This document shows, one piece after another, positions 46,203 to 55,503 of a stretch of DNA of 64,000 nucleotides. The notes under the pieces were generated by a model that had not been told where the DNA came from, searched no databases, and saw only the letters and a list, made by a program, of their open reading frames with translations. The stretch's first letter is position 1. Each line of letters starts with the position of its first letter. The DNA comes from Eubacteriales bacterium. GTDB taxonomy: Bacteria; Bacillota; Clostridia; Oscillospirales; CAG-272. Location of the stretch: positions 1,552-65,551 of the forward strand of contig JAZNOM010000091.1 in NCBI GenBank assembly GCA_045580835.1, read 5' to 3'. The position numbers and the translations under genes were made by a program.

Positions 46203-47648
46203 ATGAGCAAAAGACAAAATTTCACCATGCTTTGTGACTACTACGAGCTTACAATGGCTAACGGCTATTTTAAAGCTGGCATGGCAGACGGCATAACGTA
46301 TTTTGACATGTTTTTCCGCGATGTTCCCGACGGCGGCGGATTTGCGATTTGCGCAGGTCTTGAACAGTTTATCGAGTACATCAAGGATTTGAAATTTACC
46401 GATGAGGATATCGAATACTTGCGCTCAAAAGGTGTTTTTGACGAGAAATTTCTCGAAAGTTTAAAAACTTTCAAGTTTACCGGCGACATCTACGCAATTC
46501 CCGAGGGTACTCCTATTTTCCCAGGTGAGCCTATCGTAACGGTACGCGCACCGGCTGCAGAGGCACAGTTTATAGAAACATATCTCCTACTCGCAATTAA
46601 TCACCAATCACTTATCGCAACCAAAGCTAATCGCATTGTGCGCGCGGCAAAAGGGCGCGCAGTTGCCGAATTCGGCTCGCGCCGCGCGCAGGGCGCTGAC
46701 GGTGCCTATCTCGGCGCAAGAGCCGCTTATATCGGCGGTGTAAATGCAACCGCATGCACAATTTCCGACCGCGACTTCGGCATACCTGCAACGGGCACAA
46801 TGGCGCACGCATGGGTGCAGATGTTTGACAGCGAATACGAAGCGTTTAAGACATACTGCGAAATCTATCCTACAAACGCAACTCTGCTCGTTGACACCTA
46901 CAACACGCTTAAAAGCGGCGTCCCCAATGCAATCAAGGTTTTCAAAGAGGTGCTTTTGCCTAAAGGCATCACAAAATGCGCAATTCGCCTTGACTCGGGC
47001 GATATTGCGTATATTTCCAAAAAGGCGCGTCAAATGCTTGACGAGGCAGGACTCACCGAGTGCAAAATCGTTGCCTCAAACTCGCTTGACGAGGAAATCA
47101 TCCTCGCACTTATCCGTCAGGGCGCAGAAATCGACTCATTCGGCGTTGGCGAGCGCTTGATTACCTCAAAAAGCACACCCGTTTTCGGCGGCGTGTACAA
47201 GCTTTGTGCAAGAGAAATGCCTGACGGCTCTATAGTGCCGAAAATCAAGATTAGTGAAAACGCGGCAAAGATTACAAATCCGCATTACAAAAAGGTTTAT
47301 CGTCTTTATGACAAAGAAAACGGCAAGGCAATCGCTGATTACATCGCGCTTTACGATGAGATTATTGACGAAAATCAGCCGCTTGAGCTTTTTGACCCCG
47401 AGCATACCTGGAAACGTAAGACTATCACTAATTTCTCTGTACGTGAGCTTCAGGTGCCTATTTTCAAGGACGGCGAATGTGTTTACACTTCCCCGTCTAC
47501 GGCAGAAATCAGAGACTATTGCTTAAAGGAAGTCGATACGCTCTGGGACGAGGTCAAGCGTTTCCAAAATCCGCACAACTACTACGTTGACCTTTCGCAA
47601 AAGCTCTGGGACATCAAGCAGGATTTATTAAGAAAAGCAAGTAAATAA
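46203..47648 (+). CDS. pncB: Nicotinate phosphoribosyltransferase
   Basis: DYYELTM, EFGSRRAQG, GTMAH, LVDTY, RLDSGD and GVYKL. Confidence 0.95.
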   Translation: MSKRQNFTMLCDYYELTMANGYFKAGMADGITYFDMFFRDVPDGGGFAICAGLEQFIEYIKDLKFTDEDIEYLRSKGVFDEKFLESLKTFKFTGDIYAIPEGTPIFPGEPIVTVRAPAAEAQFIETYLLLAINHQSLIATKANRIVRAAKGRAVAEFGSRRAQGADGAYLGARAAYIGGVNATACTISDRDFGIPATGTMAHAWVQMFDSEYEAFKTYCEIYPTNATLLVDTYNTLKSGVPNAIKVFKEVLLPKGITKCAIRLDSGDIAYISKKARQMLDEAGLTECKIVASNSLDEEIILALIRQGAEIDSFGVGERLITSKSTPVFGGVYKLCAREMPDGSIVPKIKISENAAKITNPHYKKVYRLYDKENGKAIADYIALYDEIIDENQPLELFDPEHTWKRKTITNFSVRELQVPIFKDGECVYTSPSTAEIRDYCLKEVDTLWDEVKRFQNPHNYYVDLSQKLWDIKQDLLRKASK

Positions 47649-47654
47649 AAAAAC

Positions 47655-47708
47655 GCAGGGGAAAACTTTTTGTAAAAAGTTTTCCCCTGCACCCTTTTCA
47701 AAAACTTT
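47655..47708. repeat. REP-like hairpin module acting as terminator between convergent genes
   Basis: GCAGGGGAAAACTTTTT-GT-AAAAAGTTTTCCCCTGC plus tail ACCCTTTTCAAAAACTTT, same layout as the left end of the 132-bp repeat. Confidence 0.55.
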
Positions 47709-47738
47709 AAATCTATCGCATCCTGGTAAATAAAAATG

Positions 47739-50543
47739 TTACTTCTCTCTATTTCCCATTACCTTTTGGTAGAGTTCATACTGCTCTTGGGTGCAATTGC
47801 TGTAATAATAGATTTCTTTCACCTCGGAGCCATTTGTAACACGTTCAAGTCTGCCGACATCATCATAGTGATATCTATCGCGGTTATAATCAAGGTCATC
47901 GTGCTCTCTAAAACTTCTTACTACTTCTGCATCTCCTCGCGCCACACGGTAGTATGAAAAGTTTCCATCTTTGTCGCGCTCTAACCATACCTCGCAGGCA
48001 AATTCAAGCTCTCCCGTGTCGGAAGCCTTATAATACGTATCCGTGCGGATTCTTCCGCCGGCACTGTAGTTCACCTTGACTTCGATTTCCCTTTTGTATT
48101 CCTTTACTCCTAAATCGTATCTTTCAAAAGTCGCGCCTTTTATCCTACCGTCTTCGTAAAACTCATATGTGCGAACCTCTTCATACTCTCCGAGGTCCTC
48201 TATATCAGAGTTATATATATCCGCCGAGCGCAAAAGTTTGCCGTTTGGCAAGTATTCTTTAATGTTTATCTCGTACCACTGTCGCGGTGCCCACTTCTCG
48301 CTTTTAAGCGTTCCGTCGGGATAATATGTGCGAACAGTTTCTCCTCCGGTACAATGTGTTTCATACCCGTTTTCATCATAGAAATATTCGGTTTCACGGA
48401 CATCTTCACCGTCGTACGTAGCAATTGTTTTTATTTTTTTGCCTTCATCATCATAAAAATACTCGACAACTTCATCGGTATGCATTACATCTCTTGGATC
48501 TGCACCGCTATGCCATGATTCTTTTACAAGCAAACCTTGCTCATTGTATTCCAATTTGCGCCAAGAACCGGCAAACTCCCCGACATAGTATTCCCAGTAT
48601 TGTGATTTGCCATCGGTATATGTTTCTTTAAACGTCAACTCACCGAAAGAATTATAGTGTTCTTCCTTGGCAAGCAAACCGTTTTCATCGTAGGTATAAA
48701 ATATTTTTGAAGAAAAAATACCGCGGTCATCATAATACATGGTTTTATACTTTAAACCGTTACTATTGTAATAATCTTCGACGTTACCATCATAGGTTAC
48801 AAGCATTCCGCCGTCGTCGGTGAACTCATATTTTGTAACGATGCCGCCTATTTCTTTCGATGTGACATACCAAGGAATTACAATTTGAGGAGGAGTTGCA
48901 GTGTCAAAATCAAGTAATGTCAAATCTTCTTTTGCAAAAGTGAAAACGTATTCGCCGTATTCTTTATATTCATACTCAAACTTATCACTTGATATTAGTT
49001 CAAAATATACGGTAATGAATTTGTCGTCACTGTGAGCTGTCATATTTTTGTAGGTATACGGTGTTATCCAAACTCCAATTCCGTATGGTGTATAGTAGCC
49101 TCCCTTATCCTCATCGAAAACAGTTTCGTAGTAGCTTGATTTTTCCCAATTGTGAACACGGAAAAGACGCGTATTTATAAAGTCGCCATCTTCCTTTGAA
49201 ATTTCATAAAAGCTTCCATCATCCGAAAGTGACACCATACTACTGTAGGGGTGATTGTTATCGTCATGGTAAAGAGTGAGCGATGAAATGAAGCGAAGCA
49301 TATCCAAAGGAGAACATTCATAGTCGCTTGCCGCCCATTCATCCAAGTCCATAACATGATGTATAATATGCTCGGCAATCATTTTTGCATCGCGTTCTTT
49401 GATTTCTTCGGGGGTAAGTTCTACAACTTTGGGCTGTGCAATTACAATCTTATCACCATACACAAACATGTTGCCGCCGAAATGATCTGCATAAACAATT
49501 TTGCCAAGTTCTTTTTGAAAATCTGCACTGTAGAAGGTAACTTGGTTTTCATCGCAGTATCTTATATCGAAAATCTCAAGCCATACGGAACCTTCAAAGA
49601 TATAGTTGCAATCACTCTTTAATTCAAACGCGCCGTCCGTTTCCTCGCGTGAAGCTATAAGAGTTCCTTGTCCGCTCGCATCATGCTTATATATTTCCCA
49701 TACAATGTAGTCCTTTTCAACGGTAGTGAAAAATCCGCCATCGAAAAATGCGTAGGGGTACTGCCCTTCAAGCACCTCAATTTTCTCGTCCGTTTCTACA
49801 TTGTATATTCCAAATCCGGATGTCCATTCATATCCCGAAATATGATAAACAAATCGGGTATTATCAATAAATTTTTGAGGATAATAGCCGCAGTGAGAAG
49901 CAAGATCGCCGCTTCGGTCATTGGATAAGACGCGCTTAACGCTTCCATCGGGATATTTTACATCAATACCGCCATCGGTTCCGTCTTTGTAGGTGGGATA
50001 TGCGGCATATTTGCCGTCGGGCGAGGTTAAATATTCATATGTAAACGAACGTTCTTCCCTTTTTGTAACTTCATGAGAAAACACTCCGTTTTCCTCGGTT
50101 ATAATCATATGAGAATCGTCATCATACTCCGATGCAATCATTACAAATTTGCCGTCCCAATATTCATAGGTAAAAATACTATAGAAAACATCTATCGGCT
50201 CATCATAAACAAACTCGCAAGTTTCAAGGTCTAAAACAGATATGTTATCATAGCGTCCGGTATCATCAACATACCTTAAGAATACAACATATCTGTCATT
50301 ATATCGGTGCGAGGAGTATGATTCTCCCTCACGCACAGGAAGATACACTGTTTCATACGGCATATCCATTGGTGCGGCATCAGCGGTAGTTTCCACGGTG
50401 GTTTCATCAGTGATTTCAGCCACGGTGGTTGTTTCCACAGGCGCACTTTCGGTAATTTGCGCGGTTGTATTATCGGTTTGTACATTAAAATCACACGCAC
50501 AAAGCACAAGCGAAAGCGAAAGTAAGAATAAAAGTTTTTTCAT
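47739..50543 (-). CDS. Large lipoprotein with T/E-rich stalk, propeller-like region and C-terminal YD/MORN-like repeats
   Basis: Lipobox LCA-C; repeats YTYDENG, EYNEQG, YFYDDEG, YFYDENG, YYPDG and YHYDDVG. Confidence 0.75.
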   Translation of the reverse strand: MKKLLFLLSLSLVLCACDFNVQTDNTTAQITESAPVETTTVAEITDETTVETTADAAPMDMPYETVYLPVREGESYSSHRYNDRYVVFLRYVDDTGRYDNISVLDLETCEFVYDEPIDVFYSIFTYEYWDGKFVMIASEYDDDSHMIITEENGVFSHEVTKREERSFTYEYLTSPDGKYAAYPTYKDGTDGGIDVKYPDGSVKRVLSNDRSGDLASHCGYYPQKFIDNTRFVYHISGYEWTSGFGIYNVETDEKIEVLEGQYPYAFFDGGFFTTVEKDYIVWEIYKHDASGQGTLIASREETDGAFELKSDCNYIFEGSVWLEIFDIRYCDENQVTFYSADFQKELGKIVYADHFGGNMFVYGDKIVIAQPKVVELTPEEIKERDAKMIAEHIIHHVMDLDEWAASDYECSPLDMLRFISSLTLYHDDNNHPYSSMVSLSDDGSFYEISKEDGDFINTRLFRVHNWEKSSYYETVFDEDKGGYYTPYGIGVWITPYTYKNMTAHSDDKFITVYFELISSDKFEYEYKEYGEYVFTFAKEDLTLLDFDTATPPQIVIPWYVTSKEIGGIVTKYEFTDDGGMLVTYDGNVEDYYNSNGLKYKTMYYDDRGIFSSKIFYTYDENGLLAKEEHYNSFGELTFKETYTDGKSQYWEYYVGEFAGSWRKLEYNEQGLLVKESWHSGADPRDVMHTDEVVEYFYDDEGKKIKTIATYDGEDVRETEYFYDENGYETHCTGGETVRTYYPDGTLKSEKWAPRQWYEINIKEYLPNGKLLRSADIYNSDIEDLGEYEEVRTYEFYEDGRIKGATFERYDLGVKEYKREIEVKVNYSAGGRIRTDTYYKASDTGELEFACEVWLERDKDGNFSYYRVARGDAEVVRSFREHDDLDYNRDRYHYDDVGRLERVTNGSEVKEIYYYSNCTQEQYELYQKVMGNREK

Positions 50544-51388
50544 AATGCCTCCTTGAATTGGTTAATTCTTCTATTAACCTTTACAATATAAGCCACAAAC
50601 AATGCAAATATAGGGATTAAAAATAGTAACGAATTTAAATCTGCCCAAGAAAAGCCCCACATTACCAAGTCGTATACAATCGATACCGTTTTGATGCCGA
50701 TAATGCATGCCGAAAGCGACGAAATTACCGTTAGCAATATGCGCGAAAGTACATTTATTCTGCCGTCTTTATCCCTCTGCAGTTGCTCAAACAACCATAA
50801 AACTATAAACGACAAACTGTAAACTACAAGCCAAAGTACATCGTTTGATAAGTCAATACCTTCAAAGAAAAAGACTACCGTTCGTATTATTCCGACAAAT
50901 GAAACTACAAGAGCAGTATTCCCTACCGCAGGCGTCGCCCTGAACTTTACTCTGCAAGAAAAAACAAAGAAAACAGGCACTAAAAATAACAACATCACAA
51001 ACGGAATTTCACCGTATTCATTACACCAACGCCACGCTATATCAAGCGGATACATACCAAAAAGAATAAAAACTAAAAACAAAATTGGTGTAATGTATAC
51101 TGTTATTATAGCTTCGCAAATCCGCTTTGACGCAAAATATATTCTGTCACTTCCACGTGTGCGGAGTCGGATGGATACAAACGGTATTGCTATCATAAAA
51201 ACTATAATAGCAACAGGAACGATAAAGTCATATAAAAACTGCCATTCAGCAATAGCTTCACCGAATAAAAAAATTGCAATTGCATATACAATCACATCAA
51301 AAACAGGGCGCAGAATAAGCCTTACAAAAAGCGCCAGCGATGCCATAACAATGCATGCTACAGCAGTAATCGGAAACCTACGCTGCAT
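50540..51388 (-). CDS. Hypothetical polytopic membrane protein
   Basis: About eight hydrophobic segments; GGAGGTG RBS; overlaps the next start by 4 nt. Confidence 0.7.
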   Translation of the reverse strand: MQRRFPITAVACIVMASLALFVRLILRPVFDVIVYAIAIFLFGEAIAEWQFLYDFIVPVAIIVFMIAIPFVSIRLRTRGSDRIYFASKRICEAIITVYITPILFLVFILFGMYPLDIAWRWCNEYGEIPFVMLLFLVPVFFVFSCRVKFRATPAVGNTALVVSFVGIIRTVVFFFEGIDLSNDVLWLVVYSLSFIVLWLFEQLQRDKDGRINVLSRILLTVISSLSACIIGIKTVSIVYDLVMWGFSWADLNSLLFLIPIFALFVAYIVKVNRRINQFKEAL

Positions 51389-51421
51389 AGATTCCACCTC
51401 CGATGGTATTCATCTGTATAT

Positions 51422-51450
51422 ATTATAGCATATGTATCTTCCACAGTCAA
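51422..51450 (-). promoter_or_regulatory. SigA promoter
   Basis: TTGACT-N17-TATAAT with TG extension. Confidence 0.75.
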
Positions 51451-51453
51451 CAA

Positions 51454-51479
51454 AAAAAGTCCGCTTGCGCGGACTTTTT
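51454..51479 (-). terminator. glgB terminator
   Basis: AAAAAGTCCGC-TTGC-GCGGACTTTTT. Confidence 0.75.
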
Positions 51480-51480
51480 A

Positions 51481-53472
51481 TTATTTCTTTTTCTTTACAA
51501 GGCAGACTGCAGTGCGTGACGGAAGATACATCTTAAAGCCGTACTTCTTTTTATCAACCTTTTCGGCGGTGTATGTGATATCGGTTGCAATACGGTTAAA
51601 TCCGCCGAACTTTTCATCATCAGTGGAAAGCACGGGAACATACTCGCCGGCGGAAGGAGTATTTACAAAATAGCCGTCATAGGAATTATACGGACTGAAA
51701 TTGAATGCAAAAACTGCGCCGTTTCGCTCGTAAATAAGCACCTGCGCCCGCTCGTCAATGAACAAAGCTTTCGCATCCTTATTAAAAATCTTCTTATCCT
51801 TTGACAAAGCAAGCATTGCCTTGTCAAACTCCTCAAGCCATTCATATTTGAGCAGCTTATCGTCTGCAAGATGCCACTGGCGGCGGCAATAGTAATGACT
51901 CCAACCGTTGCCCTCGCGCGGGAAGTCAATCCACTCGGGATGACCAAACTCATTGCCCATAAAGTTAAGATATCCCTCGCCCGCAAGTGACATTGTAATA
52001 AAACGAATCATTTTATGAAGCGCAATACCGCGGTCAACAACCGCACTTGCCTCGCTGAGTTTTGACATGTGGGTATACATTGCACTGTCGCAAAGCCAGA
52101 AAATTATTGTTTTATCGCCGACAAGCGCTTGATCATGCGACTCTGCATAGCCTATTGTCTTTTCCATTGGACGGTGACTTGAAAGCTCATTCCAGATCTG
52201 CCACATGTTCCAATGCTCGTCACTTGTAGTCTTAAGCAGCTTTATCCACATATCCGGCACGCCCATGGAAAGGCGAAAGTCAAAGCCAATGCCGCCGTCT
52301 GCGATAGGCAAACACATACCGGGCATACCAGACATATCCTCGGCAATTGTAACCGCATTTGGGTTAACCTCGCGTATAAGCTCGTTTGCAAGTTGAAGAT
52401 AGGTAATAGCCTCGGTTTCAGTATTGAGTGAGAAATACTTTGAATAGTCGGTAAACGCAGTTCCAAGGCCGTGGTCATAATAAATCATTGAGGTTACACC
52501 GTCAAAGCGGAAACCGTCAAAATGATACTCATTCATCCAGAATTTGAGGTTTGAAAGCAGAAAATGTATAACCTCGTTTTTGTTATAGTTAAAGAGCCTT
52601 GTTCCCCACGCGGGATGGTCGCCGCGCTGACCTACATGAAAGAACTGATAATCTGTACCGTCAAACTGATTGATACCCTCGGCGGTATTTCTAACCGCGT
52701 GAGAATGAATAACATCAAGCAGCACCGCAATGCCCATTTCGTGCGCGGTGTCGATAAGTTCCTTCAAATCGGCGGGCATACCAAATCTTGATGAAGCTGC
52801 AAAGAATGAAGAAACCTGATATCCGAATGAGCCATAATACGGGTGCTCCATTATCGCCATTATCTGAATGGCGTTGTAGCCTAGCCCCTTGATACGCGGG
52901 AGTATCTTTTCGGTAAACTCCTTGTATGTGCCGACCTTTTCTTCCTCCTGCGCCATACCGATGTGGCACTCGTAGATATAGAGGTTTTTTGCAGGCTTAA
53001 AGGTCTTTTTCTTCCATTTATACGGCTTTTCGTCTAGGATTTCGCACGACCAGACACGAGTTACAGGGTCTTGTACCACTCTGCGTGCGTAAAGCGGAAT
53101 TCGTTCTAAAAACTGCCCGTCCTTTTCTACAACGGTTTTTACCTTACAGCCGCCGTAAAGGCTACGATTTCCCGAAAGGTATATTTCATGCACACCGTTT
53201 CCAATATTCGTGAGTTTAAGCTCGGTTGGATTCCAGCCGTTCATTTCACCCATGATGTAAACAGCGTCAGCGCCGGGCGCCCATTCGCGATAATACCAGC
53301 CGTTTTTATCCTTGTGGAAGCCGAAATACTCATGCGCGTTGGCGAAGTCCGAAAGAGAGGTCCCCTTGCCGAGTATTTCTTTTTTCTTGCGGTTGTAATT
53401 TGCAACCCGAAGTTCAATATCCGATTCAAAAGGTTTCAAATATGGGTCATATTCTAAAATCTTATAGCTCAT
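51481..53472 (-). CDS. glgB: 1,4-alpha-glucan branching enzyme (GH13_8 type)
   Basis: YREWAPGA, IYECHIGMA, MEHPYYGSFGYQV, GFRFDGVTSM, AEDMSG, ESHDQALVGDKT and FMGNEFGHPEW. Confidence 0.95.
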   Translation of the reverse strand: MSYKILEYDPYLKPFESDIELRVANYNRKKKEILGKGTSLSDFANAHEYFGFHKDKNGWYYREWAPGADAVYIMGEMNGWNPTELKLTNIGNGVHEIYLSGNRSLYGGCKVKTVVEKDGQFLERIPLYARRVVQDPVTRVWSCEILDEKPYKWKKKTFKPAKNLYIYECHIGMAQEEEKVGTYKEFTEKILPRIKGLGYNAIQIMAIMEHPYYGSFGYQVSSFFAASSRFGMPADLKELIDTAHEMGIAVLLDVIHSHAVRNTAEGINQFDGTDYQFFHVGQRGDHPAWGTRLFNYNKNEVIHFLLSNLKFWMNEYHFDGFRFDGVTSMIYYDHGLGTAFTDYSKYFSLNTETEAITYLQLANELIREVNPNAVTIAEDMSGMPGMCLPIADGGIGFDFRLSMGVPDMWIKLLKTTSDEHWNMWQIWNELSSHRPMEKTIGYAESHDQALVGDKTIIFWLCDSAMYTHMSKLSEASAVVDRGIALHKMIRFITMSLAGEGYLNFMGNEFGHPEWIDFPREGNGWSHYYCRRQWHLADDKLLKYEWLEEFDKAMLALSKDKKIFNKDAKALFIDERAQVLIYERNGAVFAFNFSPYNSYDGYFVNTPSAGEYVPVLSTDDEKFGGFNRIATDITYTAEKVDKKKYGFKMYLPSRTAVCLVKKKK

Positions 53473-53560
53473 GCGGGTAACCTCCATTGCTGTTATAAAT
53501 ATATTATAACATAAGTTGAGAAGGATTTGCGTATTTTTTGTAAAATATAATTAAGAAAAA

Positions 53561-53692
53561 CGTCAGAACCTGCCCCGGAAAGGTTCCGACACCTCCAAAC
53601 CTTTTTATAAAGAATTATCCTCCGAAGCCATGGCTACACATATAACTTTTTACAGTTTTTCTTTGGTTCTTTCTTCTTAAGAAAGAACGCCC
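53561..53692. repeat. 132-bp dispersed structured repeat, copy B
   Basis: See copy A at 30594-30725. Confidence 0.9.
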
Positions 53693-53706
53693 TCGCTTCT
53701 TTACGC

Positions 53707-53737
53707 AAAAAAGGCACTGCCCAAGCAGTGCCTTTTT
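53707..53737 (-). terminator. Hydrogenase operon terminator
   Basis: AAAAAGGCACTGC-CCAA-GCAGTGCCTTTTT. Confidence 0.8.
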
Positions 53738-53745
53738 GTGTTTAA

Positions 53746-55482
53746 TTAAAGTCCGCGCTTAACGTAAGTGGTGTGGAGAATCTCATGAGCCTTGTGGCTA
53801 TTGGGCTCGCCGAAGAATTCTTCGTAAAGCTTCTTAACCGCGCTGTTCTCGTGAGACTTTCTAAGGTCCATATTCTTATCAGCGGTATAGAGAACTGCTG
53901 CTCTCTTTGCGCGAAGGTCAACATTGTTGCGAACCTTTGCAGGCTGATAAGGCTGACCGCCGCCGTTTACGCAACCGCCGGGACATGCCATAACTTCGAT
54001 AAAGTGAACGTCTTCCTCACCGTTCTGAACTCTGGTAAGAAGTTCCTTTGCGTTAGCAGTGCCGCTAACAACAGCAACCTTGAGTTCCATGTCGCCGAGC
54101 TTGTAAGAAGCGCGCTTGATACCGGCGGTACCGCGAACGTCCTCAAACTCAAGCTTTTCGAGAGGCTTGCCCTCGATAACTTCAGCAGCAGTACGGAGAG
54201 CAGCCTCCATAACACCACCGGTAGCACCGAAGATTGCGCCTGCGCCCGAACCGATATCGAACGGAACGTCGAACTTTTCGTCAGCAAGGCCGCGGAAGTC
54301 GATACCTGCAACCTCAATCATCTTTGCAAGCTCGCGAGTGGTGATAGCAACGTCAACGTCGGGAACACCTGCTGCAGCCTGGTTAGGACGACCAACCTCA
54401 AACTTCTTTGCGGTACAAGGAATTACAGATACAAAGAAGATATTTTTGGGGTCAATACCCATCTTCTGTGCATAGTAGGTCTTGTAGGTTGCGCCGAACA
54501 TCTGCTGAGGAGACTTACAAGTAGAGAGGTTCTCTGTCATTTCAGGGAAGTAATGCTCACAGTACTTGATCCAACCGGGAGAGCAAGAGGTAATCATGGG
54601 GAGTGCGCCGCCATTCTTAACTCTGCCGAGGAACTCGGTAGCCTCTTCCATAATGGTAAGGTCAGCAGTGAGGTTCATATCGTATACACCGTCAAAGCCG
54701 AGGCGCTTCATAGCAGCAACCATCTGACCTTCGGTGTCGGTGCCGGGCTCATAGCCGAAGCACTCGCCGATCTGTGCACGAACGGAAGGAGCAGCACAGA
54801 TTGCAACGTGCATATCGGGGTTAGCGATAGCGTCAAATACCTTTGCAGTATCGTCTCTTTCATAAAGAGCACCTGTAGGACAAGCAACTACGCACTGGCC
54901 GCAGTTGATACAGGAAGTGTCAGCAAGGTTAAGACCGAAAGCAGAACCGATAGAGGTATCAAAGCCACGGTCATTTGCGCCGATAACACCGATGCCCTGC
55001 ATAGCCTTACAAGCAGCTACGCAACGACGGCAAAGGATACACTTGTTATTATCACGAATGATGGATACAGAAGAATCGTCGATAGGATACTCGGTTCTCT
55101 CGCCGCCGAAGTGATGCTCGTCAACACCGTACTCGTTGCAGAGCTTCTGAAGCTCACAAGTAGTGCTGCGTACGCAGGAGAGACAGTCCTTCTTATGGTT
55201 GGAAAGAAGAAGCTCGAGGTTCATCTTTCTGGAGTCGCGAATCTTCTTGGAGTTGGTGGTAATTTCCATACCCTCATTTACAGGGTATACGCAAGCGGTA
55301 ACAAGTCCGCGAGCGCCCTTTACCTCAACAAGGCAAAGACGGCATGCGCCGATTTCGTTAATATCCTTGAGATAGCAAAGTGTCGGGATATCAATGCCGG
55401 CATAGCGACAAGCTTCAAGAACAGTCATGCCCTTTTCAACTGCATAGTCTCTGCCGTTAATTTTAATGTTTACAGTTTCCAT
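53746..55482 (-). CDS. hydA: [FeFe]-hydrogenase catalytic subunit, group A (bifurcating/NAD(P)-linked)
   Basis: H-cluster motifs TSCSPGW, PCTAKKFE and EVMACPGGCVNGGGQP; N-terminal Fe-S domains. Confidence 0.96.
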   Translation of the reverse strand: METVNIKINGRDYAVEKGMTVLEACRYAGIDIPTLCYLKDINEIGACRLCLVEVKGARGLVTACVYPVNEGMEITTNSKKIRDSRKMNLELLLSNHKKDCLSCVRSTTCELQKLCNEYGVDEHHFGGERTEYPIDDSSVSIIRDNNKCILCRRCVAACKAMQGIGVIGANDRGFDTSIGSAFGLNLADTSCINCGQCVVACPTGALYERDDTAKVFDAIANPDMHVAICAAPSVRAQIGECFGYEPGTDTEGQMVAAMKRLGFDGVYDMNLTADLTIMEEATEFLGRVKNGGALPMITSCSPGWIKYCEHYFPEMTENLSTCKSPQQMFGATYKTYYAQKMGIDPKNIFFVSVIPCTAKKFEVGRPNQAAAGVPDVDVAITTRELAKMIEVAGIDFRGLADEKFDVPFDIGSGAGAIFGATGGVMEAALRTAAEVIEGKPLEKLEFEDVRGTAGIKRASYKLGDMELKVAVVSGTANAKELLTRVQNGEEDVHFIEVMACPGGCVNGGGQPYQPAKVRNNVDLRAKRAAVLYTADKNMDLRKSHENSAVKKLYEEFFGEPNSHKAHEILHTTYVKRGL

Positions 55483-55503
55483 TATTTCTCTTTCTCCTTT
55501 CAC

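Noticed and set aside
54570-54595. TSCSP instead of TSCCP in HydA
   Set aside because: A recurrent variant in multimeric group A hydrogenases; not evidence of inactivation or novelty.
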